Shown: positions 9,481-17,618 of the stretch, one piece after another
How the letters are laid out: every line of letters begins with the position of its first letter
How positions within the stretch are numbered: the first letter of the stretch is position 1
Assembly: GCA_965199055.1 (NCBI GenBank)
Contig: CBDAQR010000003.1
Coordinates: 329,958 to 393,957 of the forward strand
DNA from: Halieaceae bacterium
GTDB lineage: Bacteria > Pseudomonadota > Gammaproteobacteria > Pseudomonadales > Halieaceae
Length of the DNA: 64,000 nucleotides
Direction of reading: 5' to 3'
The notes under the pieces: model-generated
Databases searched by the model: none
Told to the model about the DNA's origin: nothing
The model's input: only the letters and a program-made list of their open reading frames with translations
Made by a program: the position numbers and the translations under genes

Positions 9481-10668
9481 CTAGCGAGCCGCCCGCGGCA
9501 TCCAAAGCCCCGCGGCAGAAATAATGTCACGCTGAATTTCGTTGGTGCCTCCACCGAAGGTGATGATCGAAGCTGTGCGGTAAAGTCGCTCCAGTCGACC
9601 CGCCAGCACCTGGCCGGTCTGTGACTCACGTTTCACCAAGGATGCCTGGCCCAACACCTCGCCCAGCAGCCGATAAGCTTCGATAAAAAACTCGGAGCCA
9701 TAGACTTTTGCCGCAGACGCATCGGCCATATCCAAAGTGCCCTCCGTCATAGCCCAGGCCTGCTTGTAAACGACCAGTTTCAGGGCCTCGATCCCGGCGC
9801 GCACCCGCGCCAGGTTCATCTGCACCCAGGGCTGATCAATCAAAACGCCGTCGCCGGGCAATTCGGCTTCGCGCGCCCAGTTCACCACGTCATTGAACAA
9901 GACGGAGGTTGGGCCCACGTTAACCAAGCTGAGACGCTCTCTGTTGAGCTGTCCGGTGACCAGTTTCCAACCACCATTGAGCTCGCCTACAAGGTTGCGC
10001 TCAGAAACGCGGATGTTGTCGTAGTAGGTGGCATTGGTGCGTACACCACCCAGCGTATTTACCGGCGTACAGCTCCAGCCTGGGTCATCGTTCGGCACCA
10101 GGAAGATCGATATGCCTTTATGTTTCTTTGGCGCATTGGCGTCTGTGCGCACTGCCAGCCAGGTGTAGTCGCAGAAATGCGCCAGACTTGTCCACATCTT
10201 CTGCCCATTGATGACCCAATCGTCACCATCGCGCACCGCACTCGTCTTCAGGGAGGCAAGATCGGTCCCTGCTCCGGGCTCGGAGTAGCCGATCGATACC
10301 AGCAGTTCACCGGCAAGAATCTTGGGTACAAGCTCATTCTTTTGCCACTCGTTGCCGTGCTCAGCCAGCTGCGGTCCTACCGATTCCGTGGTGAGAAACG
10401 GGAACGGGTAGCCGGCACGCATCGTCTCCTCGATAAAGATGAACTGCTCAATGGGGCTCAAACCCTTGCCACCCAACTCCTCCGGCCATCCAAGACCGAT
10501 CCAGCCATCGCGGCCCATCTTCTCAAGCGCAGCTTTCCAGAGAGGGCCACCGCCCTCACCCATATCGCGGGCGCACTCCTCAAACAATTCCGGAGTCATC
10601 AACTCATCAAAATAGGCCCGCAGCTCTTCTCTGAGAGACTGCTGCGCCGGGGTAAATTCGACCTTCAT
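9481..10668 (-). CDS. acyl-CoA dehydrogenase family protein
   Basis: It shows an ACAD pattern from MKVEFTPAQQSLREEL. I chose the internal ATG at 10668 because the upstream 24 codons of the track ORF look non-coding. Confidence 0.88.
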   Translation of the reverse strand: MKVEFTPAQQSLREELRAYFDELMTPELFEECARDMGEGGGPLWKAALEKMGRDGWIGLGWPEELGGKGLSPIEQFIFIEETMRAGYPFPFLTTESVGPQLAEHGNEWQKNELVPKILAGELLVSIGYSEPGAGTDLASLKTSAVRDGDDWVINGQKMWTSLAHFCDYTWLAVRTDANAPKKHKGISIFLVPNDDPGWSCTPVNTLGGVRTNATYYDNIRVSERNLVGELNGGWKLVTGQLNRERLSLVNVGPTSVLFNDVVNWAREAELPGDGVLIDQPWVQMNLARVRAGIEALKLVVYKQAWAMTEGTLDMADASAAKVYGSEFFIEAYRLLGEVLGQASLVKRESQTGQVLAGRLERLYRTASIITFGGGTNEIQRDIISAAGLWMPRAAR

Positions 10669-10783
10669 AACGTACTTCCAAACAACTGATTGGGACAGCA
10701 ACCATGATAGCGAGGGACCTCTACCCCTCAATGGCCACATGAGTCATTCCTGACTGGCAAAACTGATCAACCGGGGGTGAATC

Positions 10784-10845
10784 AACAGCCTTGAGCGGAC
10801 CTGAAAAACAGCCTTGAGCGGACCTTAGTAAACAGCCTCGAGCGG
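10784..10845. repeat. three direct repeats AACAGCCTTGAGCGGACCT (x2 perfect, third copy AACAGCCTCGAGCGG) with 23-24 bp spacing in a divergent promoter region
   Basis: Copies start at 10784, 10807 and 10831. They lie between the divergently transcribed ACAD gene (start 10668) and the DUF35 gene (start 10947). Confidence 0.85.
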
Positions 10846-10946
10846 TTTTCATAAAAAGCTGAACCGGCCCCCAGATACCGGCCCGCCAGCTTGCCCGCTC
10901 CGGGGGTGGGTAGTATTCTGCCCGCCGCACTATCGAGGACTTCCCC

Positions 10947-11402
10947 ATGAGCGAAAAACCACTGGTAGCGGCCATCGACGGCTGGCACACCATGGATATG
11001 GAACAGCCGCACCTGATTGGCAGCCGCTGTATTCACTGCGGCACTTACTCCTTTCCCAAACAGAGCAGCTATTGCAAGAACCCGAACTGCAATAGCACAG
11101 AGTTCGAAGACGTGCATCTTAGCCGCACTGGAAAAGTCTGGAGCTATACCAACGCCTGTTATCAGCCGCCCGAGCCCTTTGTGGCGCCAGAGCCTTTCGA
11201 GCCCTATGCGTTGGCTGCCGTACAGTTGGAGAAGGAACAAATGGTCATCATGGGTCAGGTCGCCGATGGCCTTGGCGTGGACGCCCTGAAAGTTGGCATG
11301 GAAATGGAACTCGTATTGCAAACGCTGCATGAGGATGAAGAAGACACCAAGGTGACCTGGAAATGGCGCCCTATCGCTGAACAAGATGGAGGTGCAGCAT
11401 GA
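10947..11402 (+). CDS. DUF35-type OB-fold/zinc-ribbon protein (thiolase-associated)
   Basis: It has a rubredoxin-like CxxC...CxxxxC motif (CIHCGTYSFPKQSSYCKNPNC) followed by an OB-fold region. It overlaps the downstream thiolase-like gene by 4 nt, which is the canonical pairing. Confidence 0.85.
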   Translation: MSEKPLVAAIDGWHTMDMEQPHLIGSRCIHCGTYSFPKQSSYCKNPNCNSTEFEDVHLSRTGKVWSYTNACYQPPEPFVAPEPFEPYALAAVQLEKEQMVIMGQVADGLGVDALKVGMEMELVLQTLHEDEEDTKVTWKWRPIAEQDGGAA

Positions 11403-12592
11403 GCGCCGATCAGGAAATTGCGATCATCGGGGCCGGCATGACCCCCTGGGGCAAGTGGGGCAGAAACTTTGCCGAATACGGCGTAGAGGCAGCCCTCGAG
11501 GCACTCGCCGATGCCGGCATTCCGTGGCAGGACATTAGTTTTGTCTCCGGCGGCGCCACCATACGTAACGGCTATCCCGGATACGTTGCAGGCGCCACTA
11601 TCGCCCAGGCCCTCGGTTGGCAGGGTGCCGAAGTAAACACCTCATACGCGGCCTGCGCGTCGGGTTCCCAGGCACTGGCAGCCGCACGCACCAAAATTCT
11701 CGCAGGTCAGTGTGACGTCGCCCTGGTGGTGGGCGCCGATACCACTCCGAAAGGTTTCCTGGCTCCGGCCAAGGGCTATCGCCCGGAAGACCCGGACTGG
11801 GTGCGCTTCTATCTCGGCGTCACGAACCCCACCTATTTTGGCTTATATGCCCGTCGCCGCATGGATCTTTATGGCGACACTCAGGATGATTTTGCGGCAG
11901 TAAAGGTCAAGAACGCTGCCATAGGACTGCACAACCCACGCGCGCGCTACAAGAAAGCCTTCACCGCTGAAGATGTCGCCGCTTCGGCTATGGTGGCCGA
12001 CCCGCTTCGGCTGATGGACATTTGTGCCACCAGCGATGGCGGCGCCGCACTCATTGTTTCGAGCCTCGACTACGCCAGGAAACTCGGCAAGGGCGATGCA
12101 CCTCGAGTCGCGGCAATTTCAACGGTTACGCCAACCTTCGCCAGCAGCACCGTCGAGATGCCGGACATCGCTACTGACTCCGCCGCCGCAGACGGTGTCG
12201 AGCCCATCGCGTACCGCGGACAGATTCCCACCAAAGCCTACGAAGAGGCCGGCATCGGCCCGGAAGATATTTCGCTGGCAGAGGTCTACGACCTGTCCAC
12301 AGCTTTGGAGTTGGATTGGATAGAAGACCTGCAACTCTGTGAACGCGGCACCGCCGCACAGTTGCTGCGTAATGGCGATACCGCCGTAGGTGGGCGCATC
12401 CCCGTCAACGCATCGGGTGGTCTTGCCTGTTTCGGTGAAGCAGTGCCCGCCCAGGCGCTGGCTCAGGTGTGTGAACTCACCTGGCAGTTGCGCGGCGAAT
12501 GTGGACCGCGTCAGGTGGAAAATGCGAAGGTGGGCATCACGGCGAACCAGGGCCTGTTCGGCCACGGCTCCTCCGTTATCGTCAAGCGTTAA
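11399..12592 (+). CDS. thiolase-superfamily protein (SCP-x/lipid-transfer type)
   Basis: It has the active-site Cys context TSYAACASGSQAL and the C-terminal motif NASGGLACFGEA. It is paired with a DUF35 gene. Confidence 0.88.
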   Translation: MSADQEIAIIGAGMTPWGKWGRNFAEYGVEAALEALADAGIPWQDISFVSGGATIRNGYPGYVAGATIAQALGWQGAEVNTSYAACASGSQALAAARTKILAGQCDVALVVGADTTPKGFLAPAKGYRPEDPDWVRFYLGVTNPTYFGLYARRRMDLYGDTQDDFAAVKVKNAAIGLHNPRARYKKAFTAEDVAASAMVADPLRLMDICATSDGGAALIVSSLDYARKLGKGDAPRVAAISTVTPTFASSTVEMPDIATDSAAADGVEPIAYRGQIPTKAYEEAGIGPEDISLAEVYDLSTALELDWIEDLQLCERGTAAQLLRNGDTAVGGRIPVNASGGLACFGEAVPAQALAQVCELTWQLRGECGPRQVENAKVGITANQGLFGHGSSVIVKR

Positions 12593-13451
12593 GCGCCTTC
12601 AGTGCAGCGGCCTGGGATAGCAGACGCCGAGCGCCATCGACGTGCATGGTCTCAACCAGTTTGCCGTCCAACACCGCAACGCCCTTGCCCGCCGCTTCGG
12701 CCGACTCCCAGGCGTCGATAATTCGCTGCGCGCGCTCAAGTGCCTCATCACTAAAGCCATACACTTTGTTGGTCGTCTCTATCTGTGTCGGGTGAATAAG
12801 GGTTTTGCCATCGAAGCCCAGCGCATGCCCGTGTAAACAGTCTTCCCGGAAAGCCTCGGGATCGGTGATGTCCAGAAATACTGAATCGAGGACGACACGA
12901 TTGTGCATACGCGCTGCGTTTACGCTTTTGGAAAGCGCATAGAGCAGGCCGAGACGGTCGGACCTTACCGGTATTCGCAATTCGTGAGCCAGATCGGTCG
13001 TCCCCATCAATAGCGCTTCCAGCTCCTCACACGCCCCACAGATCGACTCGACATTGGCGACACCGCGGGGCGTTTCAATCATTGCCCAAACGCGCAGCGT
13101 ATCCGGCGCCCCCGCCTGTCGTAACAGGTCAATACAGCGCTCCAACTGATCGGCGCTATCAATCTTGGGGAGACATACAGTCTCTACGCCGGCCATGGCC
13201 AGAACGCGCAGATCATCTTCACCCCAGGGGCTGTCGATACCGTTGGCGCGCACCACCAAGCGCCGCGCGCCATACCCCCCTGCCGCCAATTGCTGCAAAA
13301 CCTGGGAGCGGGCGATCTCCTTCATATCCGGCGCGACGGCATCCTCTAAATCAAAGATCACCGCGTCACAGGGCAAGCTGCGCGCCTTATCCATGGCTCG
13401 TTGGTTGGCGCCAGGCATGTACAGTACGGAACGAAGCAGACTCTCTGCCAT
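12582..13451 (-). CDS. HpcH/HpaI aldolase / CitE-like acyl-CoA lyase
   Basis: It has LRSVLYMPGANQRAMDKARSLPCDAVIFDLEDAV, typical of the citrate-lyase beta / malyl-CoA lyase family. I prefer the internal ATG at 13451 to the track's 13607. Confidence 0.85.
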   Translation of the reverse strand: MAESLLRSVLYMPGANQRAMDKARSLPCDAVIFDLEDAVAPDMKEIARSQVLQQLAAGGYGARRLVVRANGIDSPWGEDDLRVLAMAGVETVCLPKIDSADQLERCIDLLRQAGAPDTLRVWAMIETPRGVANVESICGACEELEALLMGTTDLAHELRIPVRSDRLGLLYALSKSVNAARMHNRVVLDSVFLDITDPEAFREDCLHGHALGFDGKTLIHPTQIETTNKVYGFSDEALERAQRIIDAWESAEAAGKGVAVLDGKLVETMHVDGARRLLSQAAALKALNA

Positions 13452-13600
13452 TCTCACAATCTCCGGTGTTGCTGCGGCTGCCGATTGATCCGCAGCGGGG
13501 CTAGTAGAAGCCACCGAACTCCTTATAATCTGAGGCCACAATAAAATAGTAAAACGGGTATGTGCCGCTGCACAGCACCCAAATCCAGGAGCGTATGATA

Positions 13601-14563
13601 ATGCCAAGCCTGTTCAATACGGAAATCGCCATTGCCGATGGCACCCTCACCGGCCCCTGGCGCCGCCCTCGACAAATGCTGGCGGAGCAGACCTACGACG
13701 GTCACCTGTCCCTCCACGACGATGAACAGGCCCAGGAACTAGGCTTCAGCGGCGCGCCCATTGAAGGCCCGACGCACTTCAGCCAGTTCGAACCCCTACT
13801 GGTGGAGGCTTTCGGCGAACGCTGGCTAGAATGCGGTTGTATTAGCGCGCACTTCAAGACCATGGTGGTGGAAGGCGAAGAGGTTCAGGCGAGCGTTGAA
13901 GTACCCGCCGCAGGCAGCAATATCACGCGCATCAGGGCTGTGAAGAAAACGGGTGAACCCGTTTTAGAAGGCACTGCTTCGCTCGGCCCCGACCACCCCG
14001 AAAGCGAGCTGGAACGCCTGCTCGCCTCACGCCCCACACCCGACAAACTCGTCATTCTGGAGCACGTCAAGATCGGCGACAGCGCCGAGAACGCCGAGCG
14101 GGTACATATGCACTTCGACCAAAATCTCGGCGACGGCTACCCCTTCACACTGGAGCAAAAACTGCAGGTCATTACGGAACACAGCCCCTGGTACACCGCC
14201 GAGGGCGCGGTCGATTCACCCTGGGGCAAGCCCATCATACCGATGGAGATGCTGAGCCCGCTGGTGCAATACGCCTACAACGCTATCGGCAGCAAGGCGA
14301 AACGCCCAGTGATCGGCCTGTTCGCCGATCTGGAAATTCGACTGATCAACGGGCCGATATTTGTAGGCCAGGACTATCTGCTAGAGAAGGAAATCATTGG
14401 CCTGGGCGAGAGCGGGCGCACCGAAAGCGCCTGGGTTCGTACTTCGATTCGTGACGCCGAAAGTGGTGAACTGGTAGCCACCAGCACCCTGAATAGCGCT
14501 TATCTTAAAAACTCCTATCCGGATTACGACAAGGAAGCCGAGGCCATGGGCAAGACGGCCTGA
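13601..14563 (+). CDS. hypothetical protein, possibly a degenerate double hot-dog (MaoC-like) hydratase
   Basis: It has SLHDDEQAQELGFSGAPIEGPTHF, which resembles the MaoC dehydratase motif. AGGAG lies 9 nt before the ATG at 13601. The family assignment is tentative. Confidence 0.55.
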   Translation: MPSLFNTEIAIADGTLTGPWRRPRQMLAEQTYDGHLSLHDDEQAQELGFSGAPIEGPTHFSQFEPLLVEAFGERWLECGCISAHFKTMVVEGEEVQASVEVPAAGSNITRIRAVKKTGEPVLEGTASLGPDHPESELERLLASRPTPDKLVILEHVKIGDSAENAERVHMHFDQNLGDGYPFTLEQKLQVITEHSPWYTAEGAVDSPWGKPIIPMEMLSPLVQYAYNAIGSKAKRPVIGLFADLEIRLINGPIFVGQDYLLEKEIIGLGESGRTESAWVRTSIRDAESGELVATSTLNSAYLKNSYPDYDKEAEAMGKTA

Positions 14564-14608
14564 AACCCAGTCTTGCTACAATCGGCAACCGGCGCTGAAG
14601 GAGCCACC

Positions 14609-15079
14609 ATGCACAAACCCCTGTTACTTGTTTCACTGCTGTCCGGCCTGCTCGGCTGCAGCGTTGAGGTCGACCGCGCCGATAGCACGCCACCCTTTGA
14701 AGTGGTTGCCGATGCGCACGACACCATGATGCATATCCTGGAACCCGCCGCGGATGTCATCTGGGATTCTGCCGGCTATATCATCACCATTGAGGGCGAA
14801 CAAAATCTCGCGCCCACTACCGATGAGCTGTGGACCGAAGTCGTGAACGCGAGCATGGTCATCGCCGAGAGTGGCAATCTGCTGATGCTGCCTGGCCGCA
14901 GCCAGGGGGCAGATTGGAACGCCTATGCGGTGGGCATGATTCAGACCGGCAAACTGGCGATCGAAGCCGCGGAAAACCAGGACGCCGAAGCCCTCTTCGA
15001 CGCCGGCGGTCGTATCTATCAGGTTTGCCGAGCCTGCCATAACCAGTACTGGGTTAAGGAAGACGAGAACGGCGAATGA
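14609..15079 (+). CDS. class II cytochrome c (cytochrome c-prime-like) lipoprotein
   Basis: It has a lipobox (LLGC) and is about 155 aa and helical. A single CXXCH (CRACH) lies about 15 residues from the C-terminus, as in class II c-type cytochromes. An AAGGAG SD precedes the ATG at 14609. Confidence 0.7.
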   Translation: MHKPLLLVSLLSGLLGCSVEVDRADSTPPFEVVADAHDTMMHILEPAADVIWDSAGYIITIEGEQNLAPTTDELWTEVVNASMVIAESGNLLMLPGRSQGADWNAYAVGMIQTGKLAIEAAENQDAEALFDAGGRIYQVCRACHNQYWVKEDENGE

Positions 15080-15750
15080 GTCGAGTTGCCGCAGGCCTGG
15101 CATTAATGCTATTCGCTGCAGGCCTGGCGGCTCACGACCTTTCCGCTGACAACGCGGCATTCGTTCAGGGTCTGCAGGGCGCCGCCGCGGGCCCCTTCCT
15201 CTACCTCGGCGCCAAGCATATGTTTACCGGCTACGATCACCTGCTGTTCCTCGTGGGGGTCATCTTCTTCCTGTACCGACCCCGCGACATCGTACTCTAC
15301 GTAACACTGTTCACCTTGGGCCACAGTCTGACGCTGGTGCTTGGCGTGGGAATGGGCTGGCAGGTCAGCGGACACCTGGTGGATACCGTCATAGGTCTAT
15401 CGATCGTCTACAAGGCATTCGAAAACATGGGTGGCTTTCAACAGTTGTTCGGGATAGAACCGGACACGAGGATTGCGGTATTTGTCTTCGGCCTGTTTCA
15501 CGGCCTCGGTCTCGCGACCAAGCTGCAGGAATACATGGGCACCGGCGAAGGAATGTGGACCAACCTGCTCAGCTTTAATATCGGCGTGGAACTCGGTCAA
15601 CTCGCGGCGCTCACCCTGATTCTGCTGGTGCTGCTGCGATGGCGCGCGCACGGAAGCTATCGGCAGCATGCGTTCGCAACCAATAGCGTTCTGATGTGCC
15701 TGGGTTTTGTTCTGGCAGGCCAGCAATTGGCGGGCTACGTCTATGCCTGA
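15076..15750 (+). CDS. HupE/UreJ-family membrane protein (putative metal transporter)
   Basis: It is polytopic with FTGYDHLLFLVGV and FGLFHGLGLA motifs typical of the HupE/UreJ_2 family. It overlaps the upstream gene by 4 nt. Confidence 0.75.
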   Translation: MSRVAAGLALMLFAAGLAAHDLSADNAAFVQGLQGAAAGPFLYLGAKHMFTGYDHLLFLVGVIFFLYRPRDIVLYVTLFTLGHSLTLVLGVGMGWQVSGHLVDTVIGLSIVYKAFENMGGFQQLFGIEPDTRIAVFVFGLFHGLGLATKLQEYMGTGEGMWTNLLSFNIGVELGQLAALTLILLVLLRWRAHGSYRQHAFATNSVLMCLGFVLAGQQLAGYVYA

Positions 15751-16297
15751 GTCGCGTCGCATTATCGTTAGCTCCGCCGTTAGCTTTGTGGCCGCAGCTA
15801 TCTTGCTCCTCACAGTCGTGCTCCCCGCTGAATACGGTTGGGACCCACTGGGTACCGGCGAGGCCATGGGTCTGCTGGGTCTGGCCGGCGACGATGTTCG
15901 CCCACTGCGCGCTCAGCCGCAGAACTGGCATAGCGATGAAATTCGCTTTCAGCTACTGCCCTTTGAGTCAGTGGAATACAAATACCGGCTGGAGGAAGGC
16001 GCCGCCATGTTGTATCGCTGGACAGCTGACGGGGAACTGCTGTTCGATATGCACAGCGAGCCCGACGGTGCGGCTACGGGTTACGCGGAAACCTTCAATA
16101 AGGCGAACAGCCAAGCTGAGCAGGGGAACTACACTGCGCCCTTTGCCGGCATACACGGCTGGTTTTGGCAGAATCGCGGCGAAGAGGAAGTCACCGTTAC
16201 CCTGCGAACGGCGGGCTTCTACTCAAGCGCAATCGAATTTCGCGACGGCCACAGTTTTCGCTATGCCTTCACGAGTGAAGGCAAGATGCCCGAATAG
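15743..16297 (+). CDS. membrane-anchored hypothetical protein
   Basis: It has one N-terminal TM helix (IIVSSAVSFVAAAILLLTVVL) and a soluble beta-rich C-terminal domain. Its ATG at 15743 overlaps the HupE stop. The alternative frame 15696-16331 is Cys/Trp/Arg-rich junk. Confidence 0.7.
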   Translation: MPESRRIIVSSAVSFVAAAILLLTVVLPAEYGWDPLGTGEAMGLLGLAGDDVRPLRAQPQNWHSDEIRFQLLPFESVEYKYRLEEGAAMLYRWTADGELLFDMHSEPDGAATGYAETFNKANSQAEQGNYTAPFAGIHGWFWQNRGEEEVTVTLRTAGFYSSAIEFRDGHSFRYAFTSEGKMPE

Positions 16298-16321
16298 CAC
16301 CGGGGACTTTCACGGGAGGGC

Positions 16322-16459
16322 TCAGCCGTAGGCAAGCTCCAGCATCTCTAAAGTGTCCTGAATTTGGACGAACCAATACACGGCAAAAAACACGATGATG
16401 GCGCCTGCACTGATCAGCGCAGCCAGTTGTAGGTCTTTCGAGTCGCTTTGTTCGCTCAT
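16322..16459 (-). CDS. 45-aa single-TM peptide (not in the ORF track), last gene of the PQQ operon
   Basis: It translates as MSEQSDSKDLQLAALISAGAIIVFFAVYWFVQIQDTLEMLELAYG. AGGAG lies 6 nt upstream of the ATG at 16457-16459, 9 nt after the stop of the upstream membrane gene. The stop is a TGA at 16322-16324. Confidence 0.6.
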   Translation of the reverse strand: MSEQSDSKDLQLAALISAGAIIVFFAVYWFVQIQDTLEMLELAYG

Positions 16460-16468
16460 TCTCGTCTC

Positions 16469-17035
16469 CTAACCCGAAAACCCGATCCAACGGCCTGTTG
16501 CAGCCACGGTAAACCAGACCATGACCGACGATACCGCGACCGAACGCACCACCCAGGGGTTTAGCGAATCAATATCGCCGCGCAGCAGCGGACGTTTAAT
16601 GCAAAACACAAACAGTATGCCCGCACCCAGGGCGAGCATCTTGTACCAGAACACATCCAGGTAATAAATCTTCATGGCCACACCACAGGCCATGAACACG
16701 CCAGTCAACAATACGACGGCCAGCCCCCACAAAAACAGCTTGTGCGCCTGCTCCTGGACTTCTGCGCAGGGAACATCGGCAAACAGCCAACCCAGCAAGC
16801 GCGCATCACTGATCAGCACGGCACCACCAAGCAACGCCATGGACAACAGGTGGAAGGCCTGCACTACGGCGAAGGCCGCTCCCCAGGTTTTCCCAATGTG
16901 TCCGAACAGTGTGGTCTCCATCCACTCAAACATCGGCTGCAAACCGTCGTGCAGCTCAGACTTCAAACCGGTAAAGCCAACCAGGAGCGCAATACCCAGT
17001 ACCAGGATGACGCCAATCGTGCGTTGATAAGCCAC
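16469..17035 (-). CDS. uncharacterised 5-TM membrane protein E (paralogue of D)
   Basis: I chose the GTG at 17035 with a G-rich SD 5 nt upstream, 10 nt after the D stop. E shares the motif H-(L/V)-L-(S/T)-(M/L)-x-L-x(2-3)-G-x(4-5)-D-x-R-(L/M)-LGW with D. Confidence 0.75.
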   Translation of the reverse strand: MAYQRTIGVILVLGIALLVGFTGLKSELHDGLQPMFEWMETTLFGHIGKTWGAAFAVVQAFHLLSMALLGGAVLISDARLLGWLFADVPCAEVQEQAHKLFLWGLAVVLLTGVFMACGVAMKIYYLDVFWYKMLALGAGILFVFCIKRPLLRGDIDSLNPWVVRSVAVSSVMVWFTVAATGRWIGFSG

Positions 17036-17045
17036 TGCAGCCCCC

Positions 17046-17615
17046 CTAGAAGTGCGCCTGATCGGCGATACAGCCGGCCAGGTTTCCGATGAATGCGGGA
17101 GGGTTCTTGGCGCAGTCGAACCAGTCATAGGCGATCAGGCGACCGCAGATCACAATGCCAACCCAGAAACTGATGGATAAGGCTGCACCGAGTCGCAAGC
17201 GCGAGGGTGCCTTGGGGTCTGTATCCCAGCTCGACACCGATTCGCTCATGCGTTTATGGAAGAGCCAGGCATTGAGCGCCGCAGCAACCAGGAGCACTAC
17301 CTTTATACGAAACCAAAGGCTCTGCGACGTGCGCACCGGTATCGCGTAGTAAAGCATAATCCCGGTGATAAACATGATGACGAAGCCGACGGCCATGGGC
17401 CACGCCAGCTTGCTGGAAATGCGTGAGGCCGGGATATTCGGAAGCGCCCAGCCCAACATGCGCAAGTCGATGATAAACAACATGCCGAGACTCAGCATCA
17501 GCGTCAGCACATGGGTCGTTTCCACCCAGTTGTACATGTAATAGCTCTCGTGAAGCATGGTGCTCCACTGGTGGCCGTCTATCCAAACGGCAAAATCGTA
17601 GATCAGTTGGTTCAC
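17046..17615 (-). CDS. uncharacterised 4-TM membrane protein D
   Basis: It is 189 aa with 4 predicted TM helices and a Cys-containing C-terminal tail (CGRLIAYDWFDCAKNPPAFIGNLAGC). Its start is 3 nt after the stop of gene C1. Confidence 0.8.
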   Translation of the reverse strand: MNQLIYDFAVWIDGHQWSTMLHESYYMYNWVETTHVLTLMLSLGMLFIIDLRMLGWALPNIPASRISSKLAWPMAVGFVIMFITGIMLYYAIPVRTSQSLWFRIKVVLLVAAALNAWLFHKRMSESVSSWDTDPKAPSRLRLGAALSISFWVGIVICGRLIAYDWFDCAKNPPAFIGNLAGCIADQAHF

Positions 17616-17618
17616 CGA

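Noticed and set aside
10784-10845. The triple repeat might be a mini CRISPR array or a mobile-element end.
   Set aside because: There are only three copies with 4-5 bp spacers. There are no cas genes, no leader, and no flanking transposase or target-site duplication. The geometry fits protein-binding sites instead.
13466-13491. The inverted repeat GCTGCGG-N12-CCGCAGC lies in the leader of the CitE-like gene.
   Set aside because: It is a short GC stem in GC-rich DNA and probably arose by chance. There is no supporting context such as an attenuator peptide or riboswitch-like conservation.
15696-16331. There is an alternative 211-aa ORF overlapping the TM-anchor gene in another frame.
   Set aside because: Its translation is Cys/Trp/Arg/Pro-rich with no hydrophobic or domain pattern. 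The 15743-16297 frame has a clean TM helix, is translationally coupled to the HupE gene and has normal composition.
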